Of a DNA stretch of 64,000 nucleotides, positions 20,211-31,214 are shown piece after piece. Position numbers and translations under genes: made by a program. The stretch comes from an uncultured Planctomycetota bacterium (GTDB lineage Bacteria; Planctomycetota; Planctomycetia; Pirellulales; Lacipirellulaceae): the NCBI GenBank assembly GCA_963719315.1, contig CAVRBU010000006.1:96001-160000 (forward strand), in the 5' to 3' direction. Each line of letters starts with the position of its first letter. Position 1 is the stretch's first letter. The notes under the pieces were generated by a model. That model worked only from the letters and a program-made list of their open reading frames with translations. It was not told where the DNA came from and did not search any database.

Positions 20211-20696
20211 ATGAGCCGCTTCGATACCAACTTCCCGCGTATGGTACGGATGTCCGCGCTGATTGCCGCCGCGATATTTGCTCTGACTGCCAGCCGGGCG
20301 TGCGCTGCGGAACACAAAGTCGCCAAGCATGAATCAGCTGAACCAGAGGCCGTCGATACATTCGACGCGAAAACGGTTGGCATCGAGCTGGGAGACTTCA
20401 AAATCCGCACCGACTACCCGGTCGAAGCTCAGAAGAGCACCGTGCGGTTCGCGCTGTACGCGGCCGTCAAGGGCGAGCACTCGGCCGAGATGCGTCGGCT
20501 CGTGGAAGCGCATCGGCAAAAAGTCCGCGACATTGTGATTACGGCCACCCGGCTTGCACCGCTGGCCCAGTTCGATGAGCCGGACCTGGCAGCCTTTCGC
20601 CGGCGAATCATGATTCGTCTCCGTCGCATGCTTCCGGAGCTTGCCGTCGAAGACCTGTACATCAGCGATTTCGGCCTGATGGTCAAAAGTCTGTAG
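20211..20696 (+). CDS. FliL-like exported protein 3
   Basis: IELGDF...KVRDIVITATR...EPDLAAFRRRI...VEDLYISDF; signal peptide. Confidence 0.7.
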   Translation: MSRFDTNFPRMVRMSALIAAAIFALTASRACAAEHKVAKHESAEPEAVDTFDAKTVGIELGDFKIRTDYPVEAQKSTVRFALYAAVKGEHSAEMRRLVEAHRQKVRDIVITATRLAPLAQFDEPDLAAFRRRIMIRLRRMLPELAVEDLYISDFGLMVKSL

Positions 20697-20803
20697 GGCA
20701 ACGGAACTCGCCAGTGTTCGGCGAATCGTGCGGCTGGGTGGCATGCCTTCGTCGCGCAGCGACGTAGGCATGTGGCGATGCACTGGAGCATGCTTACCCG
20801 CCG

Positions 20804-21529
20804 CTATTTCCTGAAGAGCCGCTCGAGCCGCTCGGCGAGTGAGGGCGTTTTCGATTCCGACCTCAATCGAATGGCATCACGCTCGCGTGCGAGCTCGACT
20901 GCCTCGGCATTCGATGCGGAATCGGCAGCGACTTGTTCGGTCGTTTCCTGCGGATCGGGCGTCATCGCGGCCGCCAGTTTCACCCATTCGTCTTCGCTGA
21001 CCGGCAACACAGCGCCCAATTCAGCGTCCGCCGGCGCTGGTTTGTAGAACGCGTGCGATGCCGGCGACTGGGCGATGCCAAGGCCCTCGCTGCCGGCCGC
21101 GTCGCCGGTCTTGCTCACGCAATCGCAACCCGACGCATCGACCACCTCCCAGTGATACCAGCAGATTACCTTTTCGGCCCGGTACTTGGTCAGAACCCTT
21201 ACGCTGCGCGGCTGAGCACAACCGCAGGCAAACCAGTCGCGCCAACAGAATTCACATTTCGGCGCCGATTCTTGACAGCCTGCGCACGGGTCGCATTGAC
21301 AATCGCCGCAGCAGGTCGCGCAATGTTTGCAGCCGGCGCGGCTGGGTCCCGGAATGCATATAGACTTGCATTCGTTGCCGTAGCCGATCGCCGTGAGTGT
21401 CTTCGTCTCACAGACGAGCTTGCAAACCTTGCCACATGCCGGCCGCGAGAGATCCAACGGACAATCTTGCGCCGTCGCGCTCGTTTGCAACACAAATAGT
21501 GCGACAATGCTAGGAATAAGCTGACGCAT
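20804..21529 (-). CDS. Secreted cysteine-rich hypothetical protein
   Basis: Signal peptide followed by about 21 Cys in ~120 residues. Confidence 0.75.
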   Translation of the reverse strand: MRQLIPSIVALFVLQTSATAQDCPLDLSRPACGKVCKLVCETKTLTAIGYGNECKSICIPGPSRAGCKHCATCCGDCQCDPCAGCQESAPKCEFCWRDWFACGCAQPRSVRVLTKYRAEKVICWYHWEVVDASGCDCVSKTGDAAGSEGLGIAQSPASHAFYKPAPADAELGAVLPVSEDEWVKLAAAMTPDPQETTEQVAADSASNAEAVELARERDAIRLRSESKTPSLAERLERLFRK

Positions 21530-21663
21530 ATAGTTCGTTACCTTTGTGGGAGGCCTCTCTTAAGGCCGATTCCGCGTTCCATTGTTTGACGATCAGCGGC
21601 GTCGGGGACACCTCCCTTGCGGGCAGCTTGTCGCCGATAACCCTATCCGCCGACAGCCAAATC

Positions 21664-23421
21664 TCACCAATCCACTTGCCAGCGGATGCCGAAAATGCTG
21701 GCGTTCGAGTTGGGCACGCCGGGGTCTACGAAGTTCACCAACTCCAGCTCGTAGTCGAAGAACATTCGCGACCAGGCGTTCTGATACCAGTTCACACCGA
21801 TGATGAAATCGTTATTGAAACCGCGCAGTCTGTTGGTGGAATTGGGTGGGGCCGTGACTACGATGTCGTGTCCGTCGGTGAGATTCACCCACGAATAGCC
21901 GACCGACAATTCCCACGCGCCCCACCCGCAATTAGCGCCGTTGCAACCGTCGACCAAGAAAAACGGCTCGAACGGCTGCGTGCGGTCGATCACTTTCAAG
22001 TCTTTGCGATACGCGCGGTTCTCACCGGTCAGGAAGTACGACAGAAACGCATAGCCGCCGTTGTACTGCTCGCCGCTGTTCATGAGCACCTGGAAATACT
22101 CGCTCTGCACGCTGGCCGCGCCCCAGATTGCCACGAACTCGCCGTTTATTTGGTTCCATTCGTTGCTGTTGGCTTCGGCGCCGAAACCGATCGGCCCCTG
22201 GCTGCCGACCCACGATCGAGCGCTGAACTCGGCCAGCCCATTGAGCGTGCTATACGCGACATTCTGGTTGTAGGTGGCCGTCGGCGTCAGTGCCCCGACA
22301 TGCCGATGGCTGTAGCTGCCGCCCAAGTGCACCAGATAGCGGCCGTTCGATGGCTCGTCGTAATATGGCAGCCACGCCAGCCGCGTGTCGAAGCACCAGT
22401 CGTTGTTGTCGCTCCGCCAGAGACCCGTGTTCGTGGGTGAATCGGGCGAATCGGCCCGAAACAAGCCCGCGAACCAACTCGTGTCCTGACACTCATCCAC
22501 CGTGTCCCAGACCATGACGCCGAAGTTGCGAGCGGGCGTGAACGCCTGCGTCGCGGGCGACTTCTCCATGAACGTCAGGAACAAATCGCTGCCGAACTCT
22601 TCCAAGCCGATCGGCTCTTTGAAGTGCCCGGCCCGCACATGCCCGATCCACGGCAGCGATTGCTGCTCCATGTAGATGTCTTTGTACACGATCGAGCTAT
22701 TCGTGCCCCGCAAGTCGATTTCCAGATTGTAAATCAGGTTTTCGTAGATATTGCCTTTTCCGCCGATCCGAAAGGTGCGAAGGCCAAGTTCGTTGGCGCG
22801 GTCGGTGTTGAAGAACGCTTCGGTCTCCGGATCGTCGCTGTACGTGACGCCGTCGAAATAGATCCGCCCGGTCGGCGTGAACGTCGGCTTGATAATCGTG
22901 TCGATCTGCTTGGGCACGCACTCTTCGATTTTGGCCGCATCTTTTTTATCGCTGGCTTCCTTATCCTTGGCTGCTTTGTCGTCCTTTGTCTCCGGCTTGG
23001 GCGGCGGAAGCGTTTCGGGCGGACCGGCCGCCTTTAGCTGGCGGATGGACTCCTCCAACGCCGCGACGCGCTGAGCGAGCTCGTTTTCATTTTCGGAGGC
23101 CTCTTGGCCAGGTGCTGGCGGGTTCGCGGCAGGTTGATTTGTGGCCGGCGGATCGGGCTGCGTTGCCGCAGTAGCCTGCGCGGCAACCGGAGGCGCGTTC
23201 AATGTGGGCGTTGCCAAAACGGGCTGGCCGGTCTCCGGCGTGCCATAGCCGGCTCCGCTGGTGACGACTTCGCTGCCCCATGCGTAATTATCCGAAAGCG
23301 GCGCAGCGGCCAACAATTGACCACGGGCGTCCAGCGGCCAGAGAGCCGTACCGGCAGCACAAATCACCGCGTATACAAGCGTGCGTGCGCCAGGCGGGAG
23401 TGTTTTGCGATGCCTCGACAT
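21664..23421 (-). CDS. OprO/OprP-like phosphate-selective porin
   Basis: TGRIYFD, RAGHFKEPIGLE, FMEKS, SYFLTGENR, GVNWY, terminal RWQVDW. Confidence 0.88.
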   Translation of the reverse strand: MSRHRKTLPPGARTLVYAVICAAGTALWPLDARGQLLAAAPLSDNYAWGSEVVTSGAGYGTPETGQPVLATPTLNAPPVAAQATAATQPDPPATNQPAANPPAPGQEASENENELAQRVAALEESIRQLKAAGPPETLPPPKPETKDDKAAKDKEASDKKDAAKIEECVPKQIDTIIKPTFTPTGRIYFDGVTYSDDPETEAFFNTDRANELGLRTFRIGGKGNIYENLIYNLEIDLRGTNSSIVYKDIYMEQQSLPWIGHVRAGHFKEPIGLEEFGSDLFLTFMEKSPATQAFTPARNFGVMVWDTVDECQDTSWFAGLFRADSPDSPTNTGLWRSDNNDWCFDTRLAWLPYYDEPSNGRYLVHLGGSYSHRHVGALTPTATYNQNVAYSTLNGLAEFSARSWVGSQGPIGFGAEANSNEWNQINGEFVAIWGAASVQSEYFQVLMNSGEQYNGGYAFLSYFLTGENRAYRKDLKVIDRTQPFEPFFLVDGCNGANCGWGAWELSVGYSWVNLTDGHDIVVTAPPNSTNRLRGFNNDFIIGVNWYQNAWSRMFFDYELELVNFVDPGVPNSNASIFGIRWQVDW

Positions 23422-23791
23422 CAGCGGCTTCTCGAAGTGGCCCAGGATCGTACGAGCCGGCGTAAGCGTGAAAGCTTTTCGCCCGACGAATTAAGCGCAC
23501 GCGGACAGCGAATGCTGTCCCGAAAAGGACTCCACCGACTGGGTGGTCTCGTCCCACTCGAGTCGGCTCGTCACGGACATCGCAGCGCGGCTTCAAGATT
23601 GCGGATCGGCCGCCCTGTGCTGTCGCAATCAGCACAACCGGCACAAAACGCACTGCTGGCATAACCGGCAGAGCGCAAAAACAGAATAAGCCGCAGAGTT
23701 TAACACCCGTTGCGTTTGGAAGAGAGCGCAGGAGCGAGTGCAGTCAAGCGCCGCTGGGGGGTCGCTGCGCTCCACCCCAGCCAACCGGGTT

Positions 23792-26700
23792 TTAACGCCG
23801 CGGCGCCTGTTCGAGTCCTGCCACGCTGGGTTCCGGCGCGTTCATCAAGAATGCGAACAGGTCGGCGATTTGTTCGAGCGAGAGCCGATTTGCCAGCCCT
23901 TCCGGCATCGCGGAAACCTTGCTCGGCTTCACGTCCTCGACATCGGCCGCCTTCAATTCGACCTTGTGCCCATCCGATTGGAGCACGGTCATTCCGCCGT
24001 CGGGGTTTCGGGCAACGATGCCCGTGTACGTCTTTCCGCCCGCGGTCACAATCTGGCTCGCGTATTGGTCCGAAACGACCTGGTTCGGGTACACGATCGA
24101 CTCCAGAATCTCTTTGCGTTGGAACCGCTGCGACACGGTCGACAGATCGGGCCCGATCGACTCGCCTTTGCCGTTGAAGCGGTGGCAGTTCAGGCACTGG
24201 CCATCCTTGAACACTTGCGCTCTGCGCGCCGGGCTGCCATTCTTGCCGGGCTCGCTTTCCAAGTACGCAAGCAGCTCCTCGTAGCTCCATTTGTTGGGCT
24301 GCGATTCCTTTGGCAACTCTGCCGGCCGCTCGTTGGGGAATGTCGTGGCGTACCACGTTTGCCAAGCCGCGAGTTGTTGGCTTAGCGGTGTGTCCGTTTT
24401 GTACGGAGTTTGACCGACCCACTTCTCCATCAGCCGTGCCACCGAATCGCCGCCGTTCTCCTGCATCCGCAATCCCAACAAAATCGCGTTGCGATACGGC
24501 TCCGATTTCTCCGGCTGCCGATTCACTTGCGTCAAAGCGGTGACTATATCGCGGGCCGCTTCGCCGTCGACCGTCCGCAACGAGTCTACGAGGATCGGCC
24601 AATTGTCGCCGTCCGGATGTTGCGTAAGGCTCATCGCCACGGGCATCGGCGTTCCGGCTGATGCTGATAGACGTCGCGCAAGTATTTCAGCGATTCTTCC
24701 TCGCCGCTGCGTCCGAGCACGGCTACGATGCCGACCCTTAGCCGCGCCATCGGCTCGCCCGGCTTGCCGTCAATCCGTCCGTCGAGCGCGCGAATTTCTG
24801 CCAGTACATCGGCGCCCGGATTTTCCGGCAGCCCCGCCAAGACCGATAGCGCCGAAGTGGGATAGGCTTCGCCAGCGGCGACCACTTGCCGGCGTTCGGC
24901 AAGCGTCAACTTGGCAAAGAAGTCACGGGCAAAGTATTCGATGTATCCAGCCAGGCTGTGGCCGCCCTCGACAGCGCGCACCGTTTCCAAGTAGCGCAGC
25001 ATGATCAGCTTGTCCGGCGTATCCCAACCGACGCCGATTCGCGGCGCGTATGCCGCCACTTGCAGCTTCTCCACATCCGGAATATCTGCTTCGATTTGGT
25101 GCGCAGCGCATGCGCCGCCCCGGGTGGCTGCAGGTAGGCCATCAACTTCACCAACTCGCGATTCATCATCGCGTCCCGCGTCGGATATTCGCGGAGCAGT
25201 TGCTGCGTGAGCGTCGGCACCTCGGCCGGCTCGATCTTCCCACGCACTAGCGCTAACTGCACCACGCGCAACGTGTCGAGAAAGTTCCCATCGCTCAGCT
25301 CACCAGGCTTTCGGCCCGGTTCGTTGACCTGGCCACGAAGCATTACTTCGCAACGATTGAGGATCAATAGTGCAACTTCTTTCGACGGATATTGGGCCAA
25401 CAGGCCGGTGGCGCCGTACAAGAAGGGCCGCGGCGCCGCGACCGATAACACCTCGTTTTGCCAATCTTTGGCCGGCATCTTTTCGAGCGCCCGGCGAGCC
25501 GCGAACGCCACGAAGCGGTCATTGTCTGCCATCAATCCGACGAGCAACGGCACCGGCGCTTCGGTGCCGCGATGCGCCACCGCTTCGCACGCTACGCGCC
25601 GAACCCAGGCGTCCGAATCGCGCAGCATCGCCACGAGCGGATCGCCCAGTTCGCCGTCCGTGCGGTTGCCAATCAGCCGGGCCGCGCGTGCTCGCATCGC
25701 CGGGTCTTTGTCTTTTGCCAGTACCGTGAGCGTAGCAGCCGTCGGCGGCGGACCAAAATAAGTCAGCAATTCGATCGCCCGCAAGCGGTCCTTGGCCGCG
25801 CTCCCCGGATTGGTAAGTATTCGCTCCAGCTCAACCTGCCAGCGATCGCCCAAGTTGCGGCGAACGGCGGCGATTCGCGCCCGCGCCCAATCGCTTTGCA
25901 ATTGCGGCTGGTCCAGAGCCTGCTGAATCCCTTGACTGAAGGTGATGTTCTGCGGCGGGCTCGTGCCCGTCCAGCGCACGCGGTAGATGCCGCCATCCGT
26001 ACCGCGGCCGCCCGTCGAGAAGTACAGCGCACCATCCGGTCCGACATCGAGCGCCGTCACATTCAGCGGCCGGCCCTTGAGGAACGTCGAGACTTTGGCT
26101 TTGTACGTTCCGCCATGGCGTTCCAATTTGACTGCGTGAATCTGACCCAGCGCCCAATCGCCCACGAACAGTGTGTTCTGCAGCCGTGGCGGGAACGCCG
26201 TGTGATCGTAGTACACCGCGCCGGTCGGCGATCCGGGGCCGATATCGGCCGTCGCCGGCAGGCCATCGAGATAATACGCGGGCCACTTCGCCCAACCGCT
26301 CCGCCAGCCATATTCGCCACCCGGCGTCACGTGCACCACGCGCGTTGGCCGATACCACGGTGCGCCCATGTCCCACTCCATATCCGCGTCGTAGGTGAAC
26401 AATTCACCGTCGCCGTTGAACGTGAAGTCGTACGGATTGCGGAATCCGCCGGCCACCATTTCGATGAAACTGGCGTTGGTATCGGTGCGAATGATCGTGC
26501 CGCCCGGCGCCGGCACGCCCACGGCATGTCCCTTCGGGTCTTCATAACGCGGCTGCACGAGATCGCCTTCGTAAGTCGTGACATACGGGCTGTGCGGGTC
26601 GATCGTCGTGCCAACTTGCGCGAAATTGCCGGACAAAACGTACAACAACCCGTCGGGCCCAAGCCGCACCGTATGCGGCCCGTGCTCGCCGATGACGCCG

Positions 26701-27809
26701 CGATACTTCACGAGGGCCGTCAACTTATCGCTGTGCCCGTCGCCGTCGGTATCGGTCAATTGATACAGTGCGCCGCCCTCCGGCCCGTCGCCGACCGCGT
26801 AAACGCGGTTGCCGAGCGAGAGGATGCCTTGAATATTTTTCACCTCGGTGCAGAACGGCTCGATCGTTTCGAACTTGCCATCTTTATCCCTGTCGCGGAT
26901 CAACAGGATTCCGCCCCCTTCGCGCGAGGCCAGAATGTCGCCGCCGGCGTTGAACGTCATCGTGATTAACGAGCCTGCTTGCTCGTCGGTCACCAGTCGC
27001 TCGACCACGAATTCAGGATCGGTCAAGAATCGCGAACCCTCTTCGGCGATCACGATCTCATCTCCCCACGGCAATACACCGCCGAGCGGACCATACACCT
27101 TGGCCGAGAGCCATTCCGCGTCGCGCATCCGTGGCTGCCCCCAGTCGTTGGACTGCTTGATACTTGTTTTCCAAGTCGCGTCCGTCGAGAAGCTCTCGTA
27201 CGTGCCGCCGCGCTCTTTGACGATCACCCGCGCCACGAGTCCGGCCGCGCCGGCGTCGGTATTCGTGGCCTTGATGGCCACCACGTTCGTGCCGTGCACC
27301 AAGAGCGGGGTCACGTCGTGCACGTCCATTTTTCGCCAGTCGCCCCCTTTGCCCACGAGGCGACCGTTCACGTACAGCTCGTACTGATTATCGCAGGCCA
27401 CGTGTACTTGCCCGAAATCCGCCGCGTTCAGCTCGAACGTCTTGCGGAAGTAGCAATCGCCCACCGGCACTTCATCTTTCTTATAGGCGGGCGACCAGAT
27501 CCAATTCGCCCCGATCAATTTCAAAAACGCCGCCTTCTTCTCGGGATCGAGTTTTTCCATCACCGGCGCCGTCGCCCCCGCCGCTTGCGGTTTGGTGGAT
27601 ACGGTCGCTTGCGGCTTAGTCGTCGTCGCCCCTTGTGGCCGCGTAATCGTATGGGTCGATTGCCGTTGCCTGGGATTCCCGTTTTGAATCGTTCGCGGCT
27701 GAGTCGCAGCATTGAATCCTTGCTGCGCAGCCGCATTCCATGGACCAAGCTGGACCAGCACAAATGCTAACCACATGGAAATCGCCAGCCGAATGCTCCG
27801 AATCGACAT
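23792..27809 (-). CDS. Large PVC-type heme-binding CxxCH protein (propeller, HEAT repeats, cytochrome c); frameshifts near 25100 and 24648
   Basis: EHGPH, GFRNPYD, DADMEWD, GPGSPTG motifs; HEAT repeats; CLNCH...IGPDLS...SAMPEGL. Confidence 0.85.
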
Positions 27810-28096
27810 AATTGCCTCGAGCGAAGAAGAAGGGCACGGATTACATAAAAATGGGGCGGCAGCTTAGCAGGCATACGGCAACGGAAGCAACGGCTTTTGC
27901 GAACCAAACCGGGCCGCTAGCAGTACAGCTAATTGGAGCGTTCCGAATTCCGGCCGCTCGGCTCACGCGCCGCCGTCGTTGACGCGATGTAAATCATTCT
28001 GTAGCGTACATTTCCGTCAACGTGCTGGCAGTGGTAACTCATGTGGGAGGTGTCACTGACGCCGATCCGCAGACCGCATTCCTTCAAACCGCCACT

Positions 28097-30088
28097 ATGA
28101 AATCTTCCATTCAATTTGTCGCTTGCTCTTCGTGCTTTATCATTCTGGGTCTCGCTCTCGGCTGCGGCTCGAAGAGCGATTCCAAATCGAATCCCAAGCC
28201 CGAGACTCCCTCCGCCCAGAATGAGTCCACGCCCTCTGCTGCTGAAAAAGACGCCGCGGCGCCCAAGCCCTTCAAGCTGGGCGACTTGTTGGCGCCCTTC
28301 ACGCCGCCGCCGCTCGCCGAGATTGACAAGACCGCAGGCTGGATCGACAACCCGGTCAAAAGTGGCATGGAGATCATGCGCAAGAAGCAGGAAGGACTCG
28401 GACCGCCGCCTGTCTCTGTCGAAGAAGCGCTCAAGCTCCGCAATGACTCGCCGGAGAATAACGCGAAGATTCTCGGCACGCTTAGCCGCCTCGCCCCGGC
28501 CGACAACGCCGGCGTCGATTTCGATGCGACGTTCGTCCGCCACGTGGCCGGCGACTTGAAAAGCACCAATCCGCTCTTAATCAGCAGCATCACTGAAAGT
28601 GATTATCTCGGCTTTACCGGGGTTGGTTTCATTTCATTCGACGAGAATTTCAATTACTTTGCGCCGAAAGATTCGGTGGTGTCGTGGCAGACGAGCAAAG
28701 ACCACATGATGGACAAGATCGTCATTCGCGCCGACCTTACTTGGTCCGACGGCAAGCCGGTCACCGCACACGACGTTGCTTTTTCGTTCAAGGTCATCAT
28801 GACCGAAGCCGTGCCGATTCTCGCCGTGCGCACCGGCACCGATCAGCTCAAATGGGTCGAAGCATACGACGACCACACGCTCGTCTATTTTCATAAAGCT
28901 GCCTTGGCAACGAATACCGGAAACATGTCGTTTCCGGTGATTCCCAAGCACATTTATGAAAAGTCGATTGCCGAAGATCCCACCATGGCGCGCAGCGAAT
29001 ATCACACTCGCCTCGAAGACCATCCGATTACGGCTGGCCCCTACGATCTCGTTAGCCGCGTTCGCAATCAGGAGTTCGTCGTCCGCCGTCGCGAGAGCTA
29101 CTACATGCACGACGGCGAGCAAGTTCGCGACAAGCCGTACTTCAAAGAGGTCCGTGTCAAAGTCATCGAAGACTTCAACACGGCTCTGTTAGCACTTAAA
29201 GCCGGCCAAATTGAAGAGATGGAAATTCGCGCCGAACAGTGGGCGAACCAAACCAGCGGCGACGATTTCTACAAATACAATACGAAGGTAACGGCACCCG
29301 AATGGACGGAGTTCCATTTCACTTGGAATATGAAGTCGCCCTATTTCGAGGACAAGCGCGTTCGCCAGGCGATGTCGTACGCGTTCGATTACGAAGAATT
29401 TCTGAACAAAATCGCGCACGGCATCTATCAGCCCTGCCGTGGCACATTTCATCCTGATGCGTGGTATTTCCCCAGGCAAAACGCTCCTCAACCCTATCAC
29501 CAGGATTTGGATAAAGCTGAGGACCTCTTAGATGCAGCCGGCTGGAAAGATACCGACGGCGATGGCATTCGCGACAAGGAAATCAACGGTCGACGCGTGC
29601 CGTTTGTGTTCTCGCTGCTCACCTTCCAAACCGAGACCGCGCTGCAATGCGCGACGCTGATGAAGGAATGCCTGGCGAAGATTGGCATCACTTGCAACGT
29701 GAAGCCGACCGAATTCACTGTGCTCTACGACAACCTCCAACACCACAAGTTCGAGGCCTCGTTTGCCGGCCTGGGCACGGGAACCGATCCCGATCTGGCA
29801 GCGAACATTTTCGTGACCGATGAAGCGCGCAACGACGCTCAGTATTCCAATAAACGCGTCGATGAGCTGTTCATCCAAGGCCGCCACGAATTCGATCACG
29901 ATAAGCGCGCCGCGATCTATGGCGAGATTGCCAATATTCTCTGGGAAGACCAACCCAACACATGGCTGTTCTACCGCAACGCGTTTTACGGCTTCAACAA
30001 GAAAATCCGCGGGTACAATTTCTCGCCCAAAGGCCCCTACGACTTCAGCCCTGGTTTCGAAAGCGTCTATCGCGCGACGGGGCCATAG
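28097..30088 (+). CDS. Peptide ABC transporter substrate-binding lipoprotein (family 5)
   Basis: Lipobox LALGC; WSDGKPVTAHDVAFS; DKRVRQAMSYA. Confidence 0.9.
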   Translation: MKSSIQFVACSSCFIILGLALGCGSKSDSKSNPKPETPSAQNESTPSAAEKDAAAPKPFKLGDLLAPFTPPPLAEIDKTAGWIDNPVKSGMEIMRKKQEGLGPPPVSVEEALKLRNDSPENNAKILGTLSRLAPADNAGVDFDATFVRHVAGDLKSTNPLLISSITESDYLGFTGVGFISFDENFNYFAPKDSVVSWQTSKDHMMDKIVIRADLTWSDGKPVTAHDVAFSFKVIMTEAVPILAVRTGTDQLKWVEAYDDHTLVYFHKAALATNTGNMSFPVIPKHIYEKSIAEDPTMARSEYHTRLEDHPITAGPYDLVSRVRNQEFVVRRRESYYMHDGEQVRDKPYFKEVRVKVIEDFNTALLALKAGQIEEMEIRAEQWANQTSGDDFYKYNTKVTAPEWTEFHFTWNMKSPYFEDKRVRQAMSYAFDYEEFLNKIAHGIYQPCRGTFHPDAWYFPRQNAPQPYHQDLDKAEDLLDAAGWKDTDGDGIRDKEINGRRVPFVFSLLTFQTETALQCATLMKECLAKIGITCNVKPTEFTVLYDNLQHHKFEASFAGLGTGTDPDLAANIFVTDEARNDAQYSNKRVDELFIQGRHEFDHDKRAAIYGEIANILWEDQPNTWLFYRNAFYGFNKKIRGYNFSPKGPYDFSPGFESVYRATGP

Positions 30089-30192
30089 GCCTACGAATGC
30101 AAGGCAGAATTGCGCCGACCATCGATATATCTGGCCAGGGCGGAAGAATGAAAGAGGTAGATCGTTAGTGTTCTCTGCCGGCGTCTCTCATC

Positions 30193-31176
30193 ATGTTCAA
30201 CTACATCGTTCGCCGAGTCGCGCTGGGATTGCTGACGTTGCTGCTGATCTCATTCCTCGTCTACGCGCTAATCCGTCACATCCCAGGCACGCCGCTCACC
30301 ACCGACCCGGCGATGATGAATCCTGGTAAGATTCCCAGCAAAGCTGATATCCATCGCTGGGAAAAACTCTACGGCCTCGATGAACCCTGGTATCAGGCCT
30401 ACTTTGTTTGGCTTGGCAATGTGGTACGTCTCGATTTTGGCCGCTCGATTCCTCAGAACAATAAGCCGGTCGCGCAACTTATCATCGAGCGCGCCCCTGC
30501 TACGCTTCTGCTGTCCGTCACCTCGATTACGCTCAGCTATCTGCTCTCCATTCCACTCGGTCTGTGGGTGACGGTTCGTGCCGGCACCATGCGCGAACGC
30601 ACCGTGAGCACACTGCTGTACATGTTGTACTCATTACCGTCGTTCGTGGCCGCGTTGTATCTGCAGCTTTTGTTTTTCTCCAAGCTTGGCTGGCTCCCGC
30701 TATTCGGTATGTACAGCGACAACTTCGCCACACTTTCCACCGCCGGCAAAGCCTGGGATGTATTGAAGCACGCGATCATGCCGATCACGTGCTTTACTTA
30801 CGGTACGCTCGCCTTCGACACGCGCTTCATCCAGGCAAATATGCAGGAAGTGATTCGGCAGGATTATATTCGCACCGCCCGTGCGAAAGGTGTCCCGCCG
30901 CTCCGCGTTCTTTGGCATCACGCGTTTCGCAACACCCTGATCCCGTTTGTAACACTGCTCGGTCTTACGCTGCCCAGCCTCCTCGGCGGCGCAGTAATTC
31001 TCGAACAGATTTTCGGCTGGCCCGGCATGGGCCGCCTGTATTTCGAAGCCATCGGCCAACGCGACTACGACACGATCATGGGCCTGACACTGATGTTCAG
31101 CGTCCTCACGCTCCTAGGACAACTGCTCGCAGACATACTTTACGCCGTCGTCGATCCCCGCGTTACGCTTCATTAA
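30193..31176 (+). CDS. Peptide ABC transporter permease (DppB/OppB-like)
   Basis: DYIRTARAKG, HAFRN, FGWPGMG, DILYAVVDPR. Confidence 0.93.
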   Translation: MFNYIVRRVALGLLTLLLISFLVYALIRHIPGTPLTTDPAMMNPGKIPSKADIHRWEKLYGLDEPWYQAYFVWLGNVVRLDFGRSIPQNNKPVAQLIIERAPATLLLSVTSITLSYLLSIPLGLWVTVRAGTMRERTVSTLLYMLYSLPSFVAALYLQLLFFSKLGWLPLFGMYSDNFATLSTAGKAWDVLKHAIMPITCFTYGTLAFDTRFIQANMQEVIRQDYIRTARAKGVPPLRVLWHHAFRNTLIPFVTLLGLTLPSLLGGAVILEQIFGWPGMGRLYFEAIGQRDYDTIMGLTLMFSVLTLLGQLLADILYAVVDPRVTLH

Positions 31177-31214
31177 ATCTTTCGCCGCTCGCTCCTCGCA
31201 ACTTGCCCCTCGTC

